From contig CAZOJT010000013.1 in assembly GCA_964580215.1 (NCBI GenBank), positions 1,268-65,267 of the forward strand: a stretch of 64,000 nucleotides of DNA, read 5' to 3'. Below are positions 61,701-64,000 of the stretch, one piece after another (position 1 is the first letter of the stretch; every line of letters starts with the position of its first letter). This stretch comes from an uncultured Ignavibacteria bacterium (lineage in GTDB: Bacteria > Zixibacteria > MSB-5A5 > SM1-73). A program made the translations under genes and the position numbers. The notes under the pieces are model-generated. The model did not search any database and had not been told where the DNA came from. It was given only the letters and a program-made list of their open reading frames with translations.

Positions 61701-63343
61701 ATAGCTGGATAAAGGCGGAGACTGAGCAGTGGACCTTCTGTGGACCTTGTGCTGTTGCCAACTGCTTCAAGTGGTTCGACTCCAAGTATAACGTTCCACC
61801 TGGCGGTCCGGGAGACGGAAGTGACATGTTCCCGCTGGTAAGACAGTATATTGACGTGATCGGCGGAATGATCTGTCCATGGGATGACCACGATCCTTTC
61901 AATGTAGATCACCCTGGTACTCCCTGGCAGTTTGGAGCTACTCCACCGCCTCCTCCTACTCTTCCTCAACCTTTCGTTCCCGGTCCACAGCCTCCAGGAC
62001 CCATGCCTCCTTGGGGCGAATTGGTGGAGAGATTGGCCTGGTACTTTAACACGGACGGGGTTCAAACCGAATACTGTGAGTTCTCAGGAACCGATGTCAT
62101 GGAGATGCAAGCGGGAATTCAGGATTGGCTTGAAAGCGAAAGGTTCCCGGGCGCAGAGCAGATGTTTATAAGAGGAGATGTCAACGAGGATGGGGTTGTC
62201 AACTTGGCTGATGTGGCCGCATGTGCAGCTGGAGGACCCTTCTCCTGCGATGATGCCGCCGATGTCAATGATGACGGGATACTGAATGTGGCTGACTGTG
62301 TCTATCTCACCAACTATCTCACAACAGGAGGACCACCTCCACCTCCGCCATACCCGGATTGCGGTGTGGATCCAACCGCGGATGGACTCGATTGCGCCGA
62401 TTATCCTCCTTGTCCATTCAGCAACACCCTGGCAGATACTCTATGCGAAGTGACCAGAAAAATGCCCACCTTTGCCTATGTGGAATCCCTGGTGGAGAAA
62501 TCTGAGGATGTGATCTTGCTATTGGGCTTCTGGTATGAGGATTCACCGGGAAGTGGAGAATGGTGGAGAGTTGGTGGACACTATGTCACCGTGGCAGGCG
62601 TGAACTCTCAGGAAAGGGCGATAGCCTTCTCCGACCCGTTCATCGATGCCTTCGAGATGGGTATGGCTCCGGGTAGAGTGGGAGATGGATGGATTATTCC
62701 TCACGAGCATGGACCTCATGAGCCCACAGTGCATAACGATGAAGGAAATGTCTGTCATGATATGTATTGGGTCTCAGAAGATCCTATCAGCCCTGGAGGA
62801 CTGTGGTGGTTGCCTGAGTATGTAGTCATGATGGATCCTTACTACTGGACTTGGAACTTCTTTAACCAGAACGTTCCGGATGAATTCATCCCTGTGACTG
62901 CACCGTGGAATGAAATGTCGCCCATCTTCACCGAGGTGGAGTATTGCGTGCACATCAGCCCGTGGGATTATCGAGGAGACGTTCAGCCTATTGGTGGCAA
63001 TGGAGTGGTGGACTTAGGTGACTTGCTCTTCATTATCAATTACCTGTACAAAGGAGGACCAGCACCTGTTCCACTCTCAGAGGGAGACGTCAACTGCGAC
63101 GGAGTAATAGACCTTGGAGATGTCCTCTTCCTGATCAGCTACCTGTATAAGGGTGGCCCGTTTCCAAATGCTGTGATCCATAGTTGCCTTCCAACCGGAA
63201 GCAGTAAGATCAAAAGCCCCGCCAACAAGCGGGGCTTTTGTCTTTCTTCAACCCTATCTTTACCATCGATCAAGTTTGTCAAAAAGGTCATAATTTGTAT
63301 TCGTAAACGGTCTCGGATTCATCCTGAAGGAAAAAGAACTTGA
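58721..63343 (+). CDS. Large secreted protein with an internally duplicated unknown domain, a proline-rich linker and two C-terminal dockerin-like modules
   Basis: Has a signal peptide. A repeated ~300-aa unit starts with HKMHYPQLPD…GWDV…ADD..C…DIHFWGSW. A PPPPPTLPQPFVPGPQPPGPMPP linker follows. There are four dockerin-type Ca-binding repeats (GDVNEDGVVNLADV, DVNDDGILNVADCVYLTNYL, GNGVVDLGDLLFIINYLYKGGP, GDVNCDGVIDLGDVLFLISYLYKGGP). GC content is clearly higher than the surrounding genes. Confidence 0.6.
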   Translation: MSKKTVIVLVLSFALILLMVSSIAITAYTTDKQCDWQPGDPHKMHYPQLPDEDGWDVNATQPLVLADDWQCSDSGWVKDIHFWGSWKNGLEGTIVGFWLSIHSNIPEDPPYIPYSRPGETLWELYVEDFDFTPIDPPTMEGWYDPSTGEVIPNDHQAYFQYNICLHEPDWFCQYQDTIYWLNISAVVEGPVGTQWGWKNSEDHFLDDAVWAFWGELNWIDIWEPSTPLSNLFWVAVDPGGMLDPGMSGGTSYFDDGTSINGWYYYEDTGWWNIWFYDHPFDSLRMKEAHIEFDLFEYMTGEPSWFTFAVNWSTDVWSIEQPPGDSMPPLPGVSPEELYIGREILYDGPVDPGHYVFDWEWPDYNPEWVSIDVMGYNFVIPEGMGWIEHDCRGSLDLAFVITGGPECEPSIDVEKKVWDETQGGWVDSTDIDVCTDAQFLITIHNDGTCCDLTNIYVYDFMDSSLEFLDAVPPPDTVRLVPGGTGLIWLDPGPLPPCNTIDITVTAHVVGPACHLDSNYVWAQGDCEEQAVGVYDEDVAYVHATEPPWPNHKMHYPQLPDPNGWDVVATMGHDLHPGIVVADDFMCSKSLPITDIHFWGSWLYDVEAPIFGFFLSIHDNVIGPPSHPGEELWSAYITDYEMVPEGEGPQGWYDPFEGWYEQSNHIMYYRYDIDSIPEPFYQDSGTIYWLNIIADIGPPGYQGFPEPPLWGWKTSLDHWMDDAVWSVFMPPYAWTPLYDPITGETLDMAFVITGEAPCDPPNINCPSDETQNQNGVYTTITQWTADDGNPGDPNVWLTSVTVRPPLPPGISVAVVNVDPPGLPAKTATGTVTYTVANHCQAGGPIILMAKNNCPPPNTATCSFDVILTNDPPAITQPDSLEGVVNDVVQYDITGNDPDGDVIEDQASIRIEPDCGNYSITRTAGSGTPTGTWQITWDTFGCTACQTYLVIHDLTDGCDTSWCTTKVHLSEPVGWCWKDSFPDYAPNGMPDIDQRQDSWIKAETEQWTFCGPCAVANCFKWFDSKYNVPPGGPGDGSDMFPLVRQYIDVIGGMICPWDDHDPFNVDHPGTPWQFGATPPPPPTLPQPFVPGPQPPGPMPPWGELVERLAWYFNTDGVQTEYCEFSGTDVMEMQAGIQDWLESERFPGAEQMFIRGDVNEDGVVNLADVAACAAGGPFSCDDAADVNDDGILNVADCVYLTNYLTTGGPPPPPPYPDCGVDPTADGLDCADYPPCPFSNTLADTLCEVTRKMPTFAYVESLVEKSEDVILLLGFWYEDSPGSGEWWRVGGHYVTVAGVNSQERAIAFSDPFIDAFEMGMAPGRVGDGWIIPHEHGPHEPTVHNDEGNVCHDMYWVSEDPISPGGLWWLPEYVVMMDPYYWTWNFFNQNVPDEFIPVTAPWNEMSPIFTEVEYCVHISPWDYRGDVQPIGGNGVVDLGDLLFIINYLYKGGPAPVPLSEGDVNCDGVIDLGDVLFLISYLYKGGPFPNAVIHSCLPTGSSKIKSPANKRGFCLSSTLSLPSIKFVKKVIICIRKRSRIHPEGKRT
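63213..63246 (+). terminator. Rho-independent terminator (gccccgc-caacaa-gcggggc + ttttgtctttc)
   Basis: Read directly. It lies inside the last ~40 codons of the annotated ORF, just after the final dockerin repeat. Confidence 0.6.
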
Positions 63344-63432
63344 TTTTACAGGCACATGTATTTATATAATGACCTGACTGATTTTTGATCCGATTCGCAT
63401 AAATCAAATTGACCCGTTCATATGAAACTTTT

Positions 63433-64000
<568 letters not shown>

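Overview
This is a 64-kb chromosomal window from a moderately AT-rich (about 45% GC) bacterium, probably an uncultivated anaerobe of the FCB group, since one secreted protein carries a T9SS C-terminal sorting domain.

Core genes:
- Housekeeping genes include a partial ileS, a dksA/traR-like gene, lspA, rluD, secA, purF, sucC and sucD, cca, arcC, an aldehyde dehydrogenase, and a partial tyrS.
- A lower-GC cassette carries a MacB/Lol-like ABC exporter, a LolA-like protein and an outer-membrane protein. It is bracketed by ~80-bp direct repeats.
- A lower-GC island encodes a 1121-aa single-chain PD-(D/E)xK nuclease fused to an NPPY N6-adenine methyltransferase, which I read as a Type IIG/IIL (MmeI-like) restriction-modification enzyme.
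- A GC-rich 1540-aa secreted protein has an internally duplicated unknown domain, a proline-rich linker and two dockerin modules.

The most interesting stretch is a ~19-kb locus (23.8 to 43.3 kb).
- Two tandem type IV pilin genes sit between two paralogous TPR-containing DUF2723/PMT-like (GT-C, TMEM260-type) glycosyltransferases. One of these glycosyltransferases carries an in-frame heptanucleotide tandem repeat.
- A GtrA flippase, a Dpm1-like GT2, a GT4, and nucleotide-sugar genes (epimerase, nucleotidyltransferase, DegT aminotransferase, FemAB-like acyltransferase) sit around them.
- A sigma54 NtrC-type regulator lies upstream, and a perfect sigma54 promoter precedes the second pilin.
- The prepilin peptidase PilD is in the same locus.
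- I interpret this as a candidate pilin O-glycosylation system.

Nearly every intergenic region contains members of at least ten families of short dispersed palindromic (REP-like) repeats. These repeats have inserted into two IS transposase genes (IS1182-like and IS481-like) and one RAYT gene, all of which are now pseudogenes. The RAYT with its flanking REP hairpins sits between sucC and sucD. SucD also carries an unusual ~65-aa lysine-rich C-terminal tail resembling histone H1.
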